Below are positions 1 to 11,136 of a stretch of DNA of 64,000 nucleotides, in pieces (within the stretch, counting starts at the first letter, position 1; the number at the start of each line of letters is the position of its first letter). Made by a program: the position numbers and the translations under genes. The DNA is from Octopus bimaculoides (Eukaryota), in NCBI RefSeq assembly GCF_001194135.2, contig NC_068987.1, forward strand, positions 60,626,085 to 60,690,084, in the 5' to 3' direction. Under the pieces are notes generated by a model. It made no database searches and was not told the DNA's origin. It saw only the letters and a list, made by a program, of their open reading frames with translations.

Positions 1-335
1 AGGCTATAGCCAACACTGCCAGATATTTTGAGCATCTCTGCAGTGATTCCTGATGGGCCGGGGGCTTTCCCGGTCTTCATACTCTTAATTGCTTTATCTA
101 CCCTGGTACTATCAACTCGGATAGCTGGTCCCTCTATTGGGTCGACATAAGGCAGGCTCTCTTTCTCCCATTCATTCTCTTTATTAAGCAATCTATCGTA
201 GTGGCATCTCCAGACCTCTTTCTTTGCATCCTCATTTAATGCAAGCGTACCATCATCCATGCGAACACATTTCTCTCCTACAACATCACTATTCTCTCTC
301 CTACACTGTCTTGCAACCCGAAATACCTCGAGTCT
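1..335 (-). mobile_element. RTE-clade LINE ORF fragment (linker just N-terminal of the RT domain), 5'-truncated, runs off the window edge
   Basis: The minus-strand frame is open for about 111 codons: RLEVFRVARQCRRENSDVVGEKCVRMDDG...WRCHYDRLLN...VDKAIKSMKTGKAPGPSGITAEMLK. KAPGPxGI is the usual pre-RT motif of APE-type LINEs. The ORF track missed it because there is no ATG. Confidence 0.9.
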
Positions 336-1232
336 AGGTGAAATATCAATAAAGTTTATTTTCATGTAAAACAACTCAAATGTAAATGAAATTATGAACT
401 TGCAAAGTGAAACAAAAGCATTCATAGAGTATTGGACTTGCAGATAATAGGTCTTTGATTCAAATTCTGCAACAAAAAGCATTATTTTATTGGGTACACT
501 AAATTCTATATGCCTCTCTTCACTCAGCTGGCAGATAATGTCTCAGATCACCAGAAAAAGTTTCCCTGCAAATGACTTGTGCTTTATCAGGAAGATCAAT
601 CTCTTACCTTTTACTTGTTTTACAGTATCAAACAAAAGTTAGGCATCGGTCCTTAAAATCATCTAATTGGTTTATTTTTCTTTTTGATCATGTGGCTTCC
701 AGTTCTATTTCATTGTGTGGCACTTTGGTGCAGGTGCCTTGAGAATGAAGCTGATTGATAAACTGTACATAGAAAGCTATTGTATAAGTGTGTCTGTGTG
801 TGCATGCATGCATTTCACATGTTTTCACACTGTCACTATGTGAGTGACAGTGATATTGTTTTACATTTCCTCTAAACAACGTGCTGTAGCTTGGCATTTT
901 CCCTCTCCCATTAGAAGACTTAACAGAATAAAAAATATTTTACTCGATAAATATGTAAGGATTATTGATAGGAAGGGCAACCAGCTACAGAATATCCCCT
1001 CAATATAGTTTCATTGAAACTACGCTAGCATGGAGAAAGCAGATGTAATGAACATTTGCCTTAAAGGTCAGAGTGACTGATTTTCCTGTGAAGTTTCTTT
1101 GAATATCTCTTGAGGGTCTCTTCTCTTTTGCGTACTTTTTCTTTGTTATTTCTTTTGTTTATGTGTTTATTAAAGAATCCCATATTTTATCATCATGTAC
1201 CATCCTTGATCTTTTTGTCAATCATCATCATG

Positions 1233-1640
1233 AAGGAGGTGAGCTGATAGAATTGTTAGCACACCATACAAAATGCTAAGCAGTATTTTGTCTGTCTTTA
1301 CTTTCTAAGTGCAAATTTCACCAAGATCGACACAACCTTTCATCCATTATGGGGTTGATAAAATAAGTACCAGTTGAACACTGGGGTTAATGTAATCAAC
1401 TTACACCCTCCTCTCCTCTCCTCCAAATTGCTGGCCTTGTGTCAAAACCTGAAATGCTTAGTAGCATATCGTCTCTTTACTTTCCAAGTTCAAATTCCAC
1501 TGAGGTCAACTTTGCCTTTCATCCTTTTGAGTTTGATGAAACAACTGCCAGTCAAGTGCAGGGTGCGATGTAATTGACTAGCCCCCTTCCTCAAAATTTA
1601 AAGCCCGTGTCTGGGGTAGAAAGAATTATTGCTATTATTA
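1233..1640 (+). mobile_element. SINE-A pair (alpha-tail copy, then 5'-truncated beta-tail copy)
   Basis: Pol III A-box-like GGTGAGCTGATAGAATTGTTAGC and the shared core (caacctttcatcc...gttgataaaataagtaccag). Tails are ttgctggccttgtgtcaaaa (alpha) and aaatttaaagcccgtgt...gtagaaag (beta). Confidence 0.85.
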
Positions 1641-1666
1641 TTACCATCATCAAAAATAATAATAAC

Positions 1667-2003
1667 AATCCTTTCTACTAAAGGCACAAGGCCTGAAACT
1701 TGAAAGGACGAGGGGACTAGTCAATTATATTGACCCCAGTGTTCAATTGGTACTTATTTTATCAACCCTGATAGGATGAAAGGTAAAGTTGACCCCAGCA
1801 GAATTTAAACTCAGAATGTAGCGACCGGCAAAATACCACTAATTATTTCATCTGGCATGCTTGCCGCCTTAATAATAATCTTTTCTACTCTAGGCACAAG
1901 GCCCGAAATTTTGGGGTGGGGGGCAGTCGATTAGATCGACCCCAGTGCACATCTGGTACTTAATTTATCGACCCTGAAAGGATGAAAGGCAAAGTCAACC
2001 TCA
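1667..2003 (-). mobile_element. Two SINE-A copies on the minus strand
   Basis: Reverse complement of the SINE-A core and beta-type tails, separated by (AAT)n. Confidence 0.8.
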
Positions 2004-2039
2004 ATAATAATAATGCTTTATTTTTATTAAGAAAACATT

Positions 2040-2370
2040 AAAGTGGCAAGTTGGTGGAATTGTTAGCCATCTGTTAACTATCAAATCAAAGTTTGTCATT
2101 TCAAATATTTCCATGTACCTTTTTGTAGTTATTAATATTTAAAGGTATCAAGCTGGCTGCATTGTTACCATGCTGGACAAAATGTTTAGTGGGCATTTCT
2201 TCTGGCTTTACATACTGAGTTCAAGTGTCACTGAAGTTGATTTTGCCTTTCTTCTTTCCAAAGTTGATAAAGTACTAGTCAAGCACTAGGGTCAATGTAA
2301 TTGACTTAATCAGTTCCCTCACAATTGGTATAACCTTGTACCAAAATTAGGAAGAATTATCACCTCCACC
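2040..2370 (+). mobile_element. Degraded SINE-A copies (head fragment plus alpha-tail copy)
   Basis: aaagtggcaagttggtggaattgttagc head; gagttcaag B-box; ttttgcctttc core. Confidence 0.7.
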
Positions 2371-3070
2371 ATCATAGTCATCATCATCACCACCACCACT
2401 ATTTTCATCATCGTCATCATCATCATTATTATTACATTGATCAAATCTTAATTCATCCTCCAAGTAAAAGACGGTGAGAAATGGAGGAGAAAGTTGGTAT
2501 GGTTTCAATAGAATGCCATTTTGATATATTTAAAAATGTATAGAAAAATGTTTATTGTAGTTAAGACTTATATTCATTTTCTTATATTTGTTTAAAAAAT
2601 TTTTTTAAGCTTCATGTAAGCCATAACTAGTGAAGAATTTGGCTCATTCTATGGAAAGCATAAAATGTCATTTGCTGACTAAAAATAGATTCACATATTA
2701 ATGTCAAATAGAACAAAAAAAAAAAGGCAAAAAACATGATTTTATTTCATATCCTTTAGATATACACTAAGATATTTTTATTTTCATTTTACTCATGAAT
2801 GAAAGGACAGTAAAAGGAACTGTTCACCGAATTTTATTTTTTAAGGAATATCAGAAATATCATCCATTTGATTAAGATCTATTTGTTTTGTTAGATATCA
2901 TTTTCATTCAAAAGCTGATTTGTGTTGTTGTTTTTTTTTTTTGCTGTTGTTGTAATTTCCATTCTTATCTTTTGATAGAAATGTTCTGGGATAGTCACTA
3001 GTTAAAGAATAATTTCTTACATATATCAGGAACAGATGATGTGGTTCCAATGGAACAGTGTTTTTCAGTT

Positions 3071-3173
3071 TGGAACCATAATCTGAATGGAATACAAATT
3101 GTACTACCAAAATTCTCATACTCTCTTTACAATGTGGAACCATATTCTGAATGGAATACAAATTGTATTACGA
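3071..3173. repeat. Direct duplication of about 39 bp, 64 bp apart
   Basis: tggaaccataatctgaatggaatacaaattgtactacca (3071) versus tggaaccatattctgaatggaatacaaattgtattacga (3135). Confidence 0.8.
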
Positions 3174-3384
3174 AACTTGCCCAAGGTATAATCCTCATAT
3201 TCTCATAGACAAGTTTCAAATTCGAAGTAGTTATGAGTTGAAACCATTTTGCCCCTCAACTTGAAATGCAGCATAAATTTTTTATTGGGACAAAAACAGC
3301 AGCTGAGATTTTAATTTAACCCTGTAGCAGTCAGATTACTCTGTCAAATGTAATGCCTATTTATTCAACACTGTTTTCAATTAA

Positions 3385-3431
3385 TTGACTTAACCCCTCC
3401 TCCAAAATTTCAGGCCTTACCTTTAGTAGAA

Positions 3432-3491
<60 letters not shown>

Positions 3492-3880
3492 TAGGTGGCG
3501 AGCTGGCAGAATCATTAGTGTGTTAAACAAGCAAAATGCATAGCAATATCTTCTGGCTCTTTATATTCTGAGTTCACATCTCAGTGAGATCTGCTTTGCT
3601 TTTCATCCTTTTAGGGTCAATAAAATAATGTACTAGTTCAAGTACTGAGGTTGATGTAATCAACCAACCCTCTCTACTCAAAATTGCTGGCTTTGTGCCG
3701 AAATTAGAAAGACAAAAATCATTATTATTATTCTGCCAAGGTTGACTTTCTTTCATCCTCTTAGGGTTGATGAAATAAGAATCAATTGAACACTGGGGTT
3801 GATGTAATTGACTAAACCCCTCCATCCAAATTTCAGGCCTTGTACTTATGGTAGAAAAGATTATTGTTGTTATTGTTATT
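3385..3880 (+). mobile_element. SINE-A array beta-alpha-beta with an internal (ATT)~20 tract
   Basis: Three tails in order: tttcaggccttacctttagtagaa, ttgctggctttgtgccgaaatt, tttcaggccttgtacttatggtagaa. Confidence 0.85.
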
Positions 3881-4169
3881 TTTATAATTTTAGGGTTTTC
3901 ATTAATATTTCATCTTAGAGTTGTAGTGGTCCTGTTTGCTGTTAAGTATATTATTGACCCTAAAAAATTTATATTAAATTATATCCTTTGTATATGCCAT
4001 TAACATATAAAACAGCTTGCACTTATTCCACCTACCATTGTTGCTATTATTGTTTGACGGCCATTTTATCTGCGTAGTGGATTTTCTCTACAGCAGGATT
4101 TTGAACCCCTTGTTACTGATACAGTAAAGTGTATAGGTGTCGGGACTACTGAAGCCGTAGAAAAAGCCA

Positions 4170-4370
4170 TTAGGTGGCTTTGGGTAAAGAAGACAGACCT
4201 GCTGTTTGTGTTGTTGGGATGCAAGCTGGAGCTTGATTAATGCTAGCTAAGTCAATTGAGCAAGGGTAGTCTGATGTTCTGGTGTTGAATAACCCAAAAC
4301 CTCCAAAGATCTTAAGGATATCTCTGAGGATGCATCCTGGAACATCTGTAAAATGTATCTTGGACCTAAC
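4170..4370 (-). CDS. Candidate terminal coding exon, product unknown
   Basis: Non-repetitive island, more GC-rich than its flanks. The frame VRSKIHFTDVPGCILRDILKIFGGFGLFNTRTSDYPCSIDLASINQAPACIPTTQTAGLSSLPKAT* is open, with possible acceptors before 4370 (ttgtag) or 4345 (ttttacag). I recognise no homology, and a + strand 90-nt exon (4094-4183) is equally possible. Confidence 0.25.
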   Translation of the reverse strand, partial: VRSKIHFTDVPGCILRDILKIFGGFGLFNTRTSDYPCSIDLASINQAPACIPTTQTAGLSSLPKAT

Positions 4371-5039
4371 CTACAACAGCAAACTAAAAACAAAAATATT
4401 TCCTTGTTACACCATTATAGCTAACATTTGACATCACTAAAAGGCAGTCATCACCAAATTAATTGAGCATTGCTAGTTAATGTATGGGTTGGAAAACAGA
4501 TCTGATAAAGAACATCTCTCTATCCATCTTAAAGCTACATCAGTGAAACATAATTCTCTCAGGTGTAACTCATCTTAGTCTTTTTCATTTATCTCTACAC
4601 TAACCTTCTTTACATCACTCTGTTCTTTAACAAGGCTAAGTTATTCTGTTTGTCTTGGATAACCTAACTGGGAAATAGGTTTCCACTTCTACTTCCATGG
4701 TCAAATAGTTAAAAGGTAGAAATGTCATTCTTATTCTAACTATTTAATCAAACATCTGTAATAATTTATGCAAATGCCAACACGTTTCTCTGTTAATACG
4801 GAAATAAAATAAGTTAAAAGGAACAGTAAATAAAATCAAAAAAAAATATTAGTTCTCTAATCATTAAACATAACTTGTGTTTTAAAGCAGCTGGTTGGTT
4901 ATGATAGTTGACATCTCTCATTTGTACGAAAGATATATATGGATGTGTTTCTTTATATTCTTGTATGTTTATCTTTATATACTGATAAAAAGTATTTTAC
5001 ACAGGATCTTTAACCACAATTAAAGACATTAATAAAAGG

Positions 5040-5300
5040 TGCAGGCATGGCTGTGTGAGAAGAAGTTTGTTTTCCAACCACATGCTTCCATGTTCAATCC
5101 CACTGCATGGTACCTTTGGGAAGTGTCTTTTACTATAGCCCACACACACACACACGAGACTTCTTTCAGTTTCTGATGGTCATGCAACAATGAAAATGTG
5201 TCTGGCATGGGGAATATTATCCTATTTGGAAATAGGTGAAGATTGGTGACAGGAAGGGCATCCATCTGTTGAAAATATATTGATGCAGATGATGGTGTGT
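5040..5300 (+). mobile_element. Head-3 SINE with RTE-type tail
   Basis: gcaggcatggctgtgtg...gttcaatcccactgcatggtacctttgggaagtgtc head, internal (CA)n, ggaagggcatccatctgttgaaaa tail. Confidence 0.8.
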
Positions 5301-5519
5301 TAAGCATATGACCAACAGTTTTGAGGAGAGGCGTTAGTTGATTTCATTGACTTGTAAAATATTTTCCATGTTTATTTTATTATTACAGTTGTAAATACCT
5401 TACAACTTCTATTTTGCACACTAAAAACAGTCACACTTTTCATATGTGTTTAATTCATTAATGAAGGCCTTCAATTCCCTTATTTCATAGGTTTTTCTTG
5501 TGCAAAATTAACTCTCATT

Positions 5520-5945
5520 ATCATTGTTTTAACATCCCAGTTTGTCATGCTTGCATGAATCAGGCAGAATTTGTTGAGACAGATTTTCTGTGGTGGGATC
5601 CCATTCCTATTGCCAACACTTGTTTCCAAGCAAGATTAAAACTTCCTCATGACCAGACATATTTTTGTGGAATATTGATTACAAATGGCACTACTTCTAT
5701 GATAGGAACTCTTGTTTACAACTCTCAGGATTCCAAGAAAAGAGGCACACGCACGCGCACACATACGCACACACACACACACACACACACACAACAAACT
5801 TTCAGTTTCCGACTATTAGATCCAACCACAATGCTTTGGTCGGTGTGGGGCTATAGTACAAGACACTTGTCTAAGGTGGCATGCTATGGGACAGAACCTG
5901 GAGCCTTATGATTGGGAATTCAACTTCTTAACCACATAGCCATGC
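5520..5945 (-). mobile_element. Head-3 SINE with RTE-type tail and internal (CA)n
   Basis: Reverse-complement head at 5800-5945, microsatellite at about 5745-5792, tail at 5520-5640. Confidence 0.75.
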
Positions 5946-5959
5946 TTGCATCAGTGTTA

Positions 5960-6470
5960 TAAATTTATACTTCTGTGTATGTGTGGGTGTGAATGTTTGT
6001 ATAGTTATGTGTGTGCACGTAAATGTCTGTTTAGGTGTGTGCACGTTAATGTAAATATATTTGTATATACGATTTTTGTATTTTTTATGTATTATAAATG
6101 TTATGAATTTTATTGTACATAATTTAGTATATTTACAAACACATTTTGTGTGTATGTACACGTGTATGTATATTCTTGTATGTATGATCATCTGTTATGT
6201 TTGTACATGTTGCTTGTATAAATATGTGTAAGTATATATATATATATATATATATAATTGTTGTATGTAGATATATATTTGTATGCATATGCATTTATAA
6301 GGTCTCTGTATGTACGAGATATGTACATACATATGAGATATTACATGTGTGTGTATCTTTAGCTGTGTTGGTGTGTCGGATACAGGTATGTATATATGTG
6401 TAGATCTGCTTATATAGCTATATACATACATATAACAATATGTGTATGAATACATGCATATATGTAAGTA
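5960..6470. repeat. Degenerate (TA)n/(TG)n microsatellite field
   Basis: About 500 bp of alternating purine-pyrimidine runs; source of the YIYI/HTHT spurious ORFs. Confidence 0.85.
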
Positions 6471-6567
6471 TGTCCAAGTTCTGTCTTACTGATGGACACA
6501 GATCACTTATTACTCAGATTGTTAGTTTCATTTCCTTTTCTTTACAGATATGTTCCTCTCAAGTATA

Positions 6568-6987
6568 TCATCATCATCGTTTAACGTCCGCTTTCCATGC
6601 TAGCATGGGTTGGACGATTTGACTGAGGACTGGTGAAACCGGATGGCAACACCAGGCTCCAGTCTGATTTGGCAGAGTTTCTACAGCTGGATGCCCTTCC
6701 TAACGCCAACCACTCAGAGAGTGTAGTGGGTGCTTTTACGTGTCACCCGCACGAAAACGGCCACGCTCGAAATGGTGTCTTTTATGTGCCACCCGCACAA
6801 GAACCAGTCCAGGGGCACTGGCAACGATCTTACTTGGCTTGCCGGGTCTTCTCACGCACAGCCCATTTCCAAAGGTCTCGGTCCGTAGTCATCGCCTCGG
6901 TGAGGCCCAATGTACGAAGGTCTTGCCTCACCACCTCAGCCCAGGTCTTCCTGGGCCTACCTCTTCCACGGGTTCCCTCAACTGTTA
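6568..6987 (-). mobile_element. 5'-truncated RTE LINE: ORF C-terminus, 3'UTR and (GAT)n tail
   Basis: The minus strand translates LTVEGTRGRGRPRKTWAEVVRQDLRTLGLTEAMTTDRDLWKWAVREKTRQAK*. This is followed by ggttggcgttaggaagggcatccagctgtagaa and a gatgatgat tail. It is CpG-rich and little decayed. Confidence 0.9.
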
Positions 6988-7039
6988 GGTATATAAATTA
7001 CTTTGATCTCATTTCTCTTCTATGCTACAACTACTCATG

Positions 7040-7157
7040 TACACACATGCGCACATAGCACACATAGATACACACACACACACAGACATGTGCATACATG
7101 CATACACACACACACACACACACAGACATGTGCATACATGCATACACACACACACAC
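7040..7157. repeat. Compound (CA)n with a duplicated cagacatgtgcatacatgcata unit
   Basis: Seen directly in the sequence. Confidence 0.85.
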
Positions 7158-7335
7158 ATTGGTAGTCTTACAAGATGAAAGTGATTGCTAGACATTTGTA
7201 CTTCATAGCTTCATGTTGCAATTAACTTTCATGACACCAAAACTGGTTTATATTTCTTCCTACTTTAACAGCAATATGATTATTTTACAGATTCTGGTTG
7301 TAATCACAGAGTCAAACCTGTCATATGATCCTATC

Positions 7336-7452
7336 TCTTATCCAAGTGTCTGCAAGAATAACAACAACAATAATAATAATAATAATAATATCGGTTATAA
7401 TAATAACAACAACAGCAATAATGATAACGTCAACAACAGTAATGATAATGAT
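7336..7452. repeat. (AAT/AAC)n trinucleotide tract
   Basis: Seen directly; gives the poly-N of ORF 7213-7512. Confidence 0.85.
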
Positions 7453-7869
7453 TTACTCCATGGACTAGAAATATTGGGTTGGCATCTGGTGAGATATAAT
7501 TATATCACATGAGTTGGAGGAGCTCTTCAGTCTTGGTTGCTGACAGTCCTTGTACAGATGATGTTTCAATGAAAATACTGCTGTTTGTGAAACCTTAAAT
7601 TCACTAACATCTCATTTTTATAATGATGCAAAAATCCAGTTAAATTTATGCAAATAACAGCAGCATTAGAACTGAGATAAAAGCCCTTCACCCAGTTTGT
7701 TTTGGATAGGATGTCAGCCACTACACAGCTATTGTACACAATAAATGAAGTAAGGATTTGAATATAGTCATTATGAAATATTTGTTAATAATGAAGTAAC
7801 TCTGTATTTCAGAGGTTTTATTGAGAATGGAACGAAAGGAGTTTATGACCATTTAGCAATTCGGATTGG

Positions 7870-8222
7870 GTAGGTAAAATAACAAGTTAACTGAATTAGA
7901 ACTTGAAGAAATAAGGCATAAGATAATAGTTTTGGATATGAAATAGATAGATGTCAAAGGCAGCTTAGAACATGAGTGAGAGGAATAATGAACAAGTTAA
8001 GAATGATGGCTAATAGAGGGAAAAGATACACTGGAATGGAAAAGCAATGCATGGACAGTTTTGTCAGAGATATATGACCGACAGTGTAGCTAAACAAGTG
8101 ACATGTGAGTGTTTGGGAAAAAAATCAGATAGATCTAAAGGTTGAAATTGAAGTATTGATTTGGTAAGCACTAGAACAAGCACTTAGAAGAAACTAAGCA
8201 AAATGCCACATCGATAAGAACT
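7870..8222 (+). mobile_element. Decayed R4/Dong-type (RLE) LINE fragments
   Basis: Fragments read KLTELELEEIR, WNGKAMHGQF and DLKVEIEVLIW*ALEQALRRN*AKCHIDK. From memory these match the W..K.MHGQF and ETE.LI.AAQEQAL.T.Y.K..ID motifs of R4/Dong ORFs. Stops and frameshifts are present. Confidence 0.7.
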
Positions 8223-8289
8223 TGAAATTACTCTCTTTTTTTTTTTTATAGAGTTTATGGTGAATGAAATGAAAGTATTATAGAGAGTG

Positions 8290-8680
8290 AATGTTGTCAT
8301 GTATATGTTTGAGTTCAAACCTAATTGATGTCAACTTTGCCTTCCATCCCTTTGAGATCAATAAAGTAACATACTGGTGAAGTATGAGAGTTGATGTCAT
8401 CGACCAACCCACTTCCTCTGCTATTTGTGGTCTTTGTACCTAAATCAAAATCCGTTATTATTGGTGGTGAGTTGGCAGAATTGTTAGCACACTGAGCAGA
8501 ATGCTTAGCAGCTTTCATACGTTTTTACATTATGAATTCAAATTCTGCTGAGGTTGACTTTGCCTTTCGTCCTTGTGGGGGTGGGGGTTGATAAATTAAG
8601 TACCAGTGAAACACTGAGGTTGATGTAATCATCTAGTCCACTTCCCCAAAATTTCAGGCCTTGTGCTTTTAGTAGAAAGG

Positions 8681-8712
<32 letters not shown>

Positions 8713-8940
8713 GGTGGCAAGATGGCAGAATCGTTAGTATGCTGGACGAAATGCTTTGCGGGTATTTTATCCGTTTTTACTTTCTGAGTTCAAATTCCAC
8801 CGAGATTGACTTTGCCTTTCATCCTTTCGGGGTCGGTTAAATAAGTACCAGTTATTCACTGTAGTTGATGTAATCGACTTAATACCTTCCCCACCACAAG
8901 TTTCCCTTGTGGCAAAAACTTGAAATCATTACTATTATTA
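8290..8940 (+). mobile_element. SINE-A array alpha-beta-alpha
   Basis: Three head-to-tail copies separated by (ATT)n at about 8455 and 8684-8710. Confidence 0.85.
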
Positions 8941-9501
8941 TCATTTCCTTCAAAAAACTGTCCTTGTGACTGTTGAAAGAAAACTGACTTCATTATTATT
9001 ACAGCCATCACATCACCTAAAACTCAAGTTTTCAGTTACAACCATTCCACATTTCTGGCAATAACATCTGTTAATTCCCTCCAGGTTTTCCTGTGGTTTC
9101 TCTGCCAACATTTTACAAAGACTGCACCATAAGTTTGCAATGTCAGTGTTCTTGTCCAACCAGCCCTGCTTAAAAGTATACGACGTGAATATAAATATAT
9201 TCTTTCATTTCACTTCTTTGTTACTTCATATCCATTATGAATAATAAGATAGATGATGTTCGGTGCTTTGCATAAGTTTCTTCAATAGCAATTTATCTAA
9301 TGCATCATAATGCTCCTACTTTGTTTGTATGTATGTATGTATGTGTGTGTTTAGGATTGTTTATATAAACAGGCAAAATGGAATGTATTATCCCCATTTT
9401 ATCATGTACTTTTTCTATGCTTTCATGGGCGAGATAGGATTTGTTGAGGCAGATTTTCAATCTCATTCATTCAGAAGCTAGGTAATATTTTCCCCTTAAT
9501 C

Positions 9502-9670
9502 CAGTGATCTGCAACTTTTTTTCATTTGTGGCACACTTAAATTCTTTTCAAAATTCAGTGGCACACCTGAATTAAAAATATATAACTAAAAGTATAGGAC
9601 AAAAATTATATTCAGGTTACACTACGGCACACCTAGCATTGTCTTGTGGCATAATGGTTGCAGAGCACTG
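9502..9670. mobile_element. hAT-type MITE, 169 bp, inserted in an older SINE
   Basis: TIRs CAGTGATCTGCAAC and GTTGCAGAGCACTG (13/14 match). Flanking 8-mers CCTTAATC and CCTTGGTC are a degenerate TSD. Confidence 0.8.
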
Positions 9671-9924
9671 CCTTGGTCTAGACTTCTTTCTGTGAAAGAT
9701 TGCAAACTGACAACCCTGCTTTTATGATGGTAAAGGTACTTTGTCATTAGTGCATGATGTCAATACAAAAACGCAAACATACATACATGCATATATACTC
9801 ATATCATCATCTGTCCGTTTTCTATACTGGCGTTGATTGAATGGCTTGACAGGGGCTGGCCCGGCAGAAGACTGCAGCAGGGTTTTGGGTTTTGCAGCTG
9901 GACACTCTTCCTAACACCAAATAT

Positions 9925-10246
9925 CTTACCAGTTATGCACTGGGGTCGATGTAATTGACTTAATCCCTTTGTCTGTCCTTGTTTGTCCCCTCTATGTTTA
10001 GCCCCTTGTGGGCAATAAAGAAATAAGAAACGATAGCACACCGGGCGAAATGCTTAGCAGTATTTCGTCTGCCATTACGTTCTGAGTTCAAATTCCATCG
10101 AGGTCGACTTTGCCTTTCATCCTTTCGGGGTCGATAAATTAAGTACCAGTTGCGCACTGGGGTCGCTGTAATCGACTTAATCCCTTTGTCTGTCCTTGTT
10201 TGTCCCCTCTATGTTTAGCCCCTTTGTGAGCAATAAAGAAATAAGA
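9925..10246 (+). mobile_element. SINE-A tandem delta-delta (young, CpG-intact)
   Basis: The tail cttaatccctttgtctgtccttgtttgtcccctctatgtttagcccc occurs twice almost identically. The second unit lacks its first ~20 nt. Confidence 0.9.
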
Positions 10247-10249
10247 AGC

Positions 10250-10620
10250 TTGCTTCCCAATCACATTATTCCAGGTTCAATCCCACTGCGTTGTACCTTG
10301 GGCAAGTGTCTTCTACTATAGCCTCTGGCTGACCAAAGCCGTGTGAGTGGATTTGGTCAGCCAGAAACTGAAAGAAGCCCATCGTGTGTGTGTATGTATG
10401 TATATGTATATATACGTGTGTGTATGTATGTATTTGAGTGTCTGTGTTTGTTCCCTTCACTATCGCTTGACAACTGATATTGGTGTGTTTACATCTCTAT
10501 AACTTAGTGGTACTAGGCTTACAAAGAATAAGTCCTGAGGTTAGTTTGTTCAACTAAAGGCAGTGCTCCAACATGGCTGCTGTCAAATGACTGAAACATA
10601 TAAAAGAATAAAAGAATATA
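10250..10620 (+). mobile_element. Head-3 SINE with T1 tail and internal (TG/TA)n
   Basis: ggttcaatcccactgcgttgtaccttgggcaagtgtc head; gcagtgctccaacatggctgctgtcaaatgactgaaac tail. Confidence 0.85.
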
Positions 10621-10624
10621 TACA

Positions 10625-10800
10625 TATGAAGGTACATGACTTGGTGGTTAGGGTGTTTCGTTCATAGTTGCAAGATTGTGGTTTCAATTCCCAGGTCAGC
10701 AATGCATTCCTGAACAAAACACTTCATTTCTCATTGCTACTGTCCACTTAGCTGTAAATGCATAACTCTTCAATGAATTGGCACCCAATTTGGGGGAAAT
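10625..10800 (+). mobile_element. Head-2 tRNA-derived SINE with tail-B-like end
   Basis: ttggtggttagg A-box, gtttcaattccc B-box, aacacttcatttctcattgctactgtccacttagctg body, gaattggcacccaatttgggg end. Confidence 0.6.
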
Positions 10801-11098
10801 GTGGGCTTACCTGTTTAGAGAATGAGATGACATCATTTGAGACTACAACAATGCGAGGAAGTGTATTGTGACCAGCAAGGTATACCATCCAATAGTCTGG
10901 TCAATACAATGATACATATATTCATTTATTTATATATGTATTATATATTTTGCCAATGACTAAATGATGCAAATAAATTTGGAAGAAGCACTAATGTTGC
11001 TAAGACTACATTGCAATAATGAAGGAGTTATCTGATTTTATCTGGTTTGGCAATGTGACTTAAATGTTGTACATTTGGGATTCTATGAATATGTCTAT

Positions 11099-11136
<38 letters not shown>

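Noticed and set aside
7213-7512. Poly-Asn ORF with a possible in-frame exon 7291-7488
   Set aside because: Openness is explained by the (AAT/AAC)n tract; no independent support.
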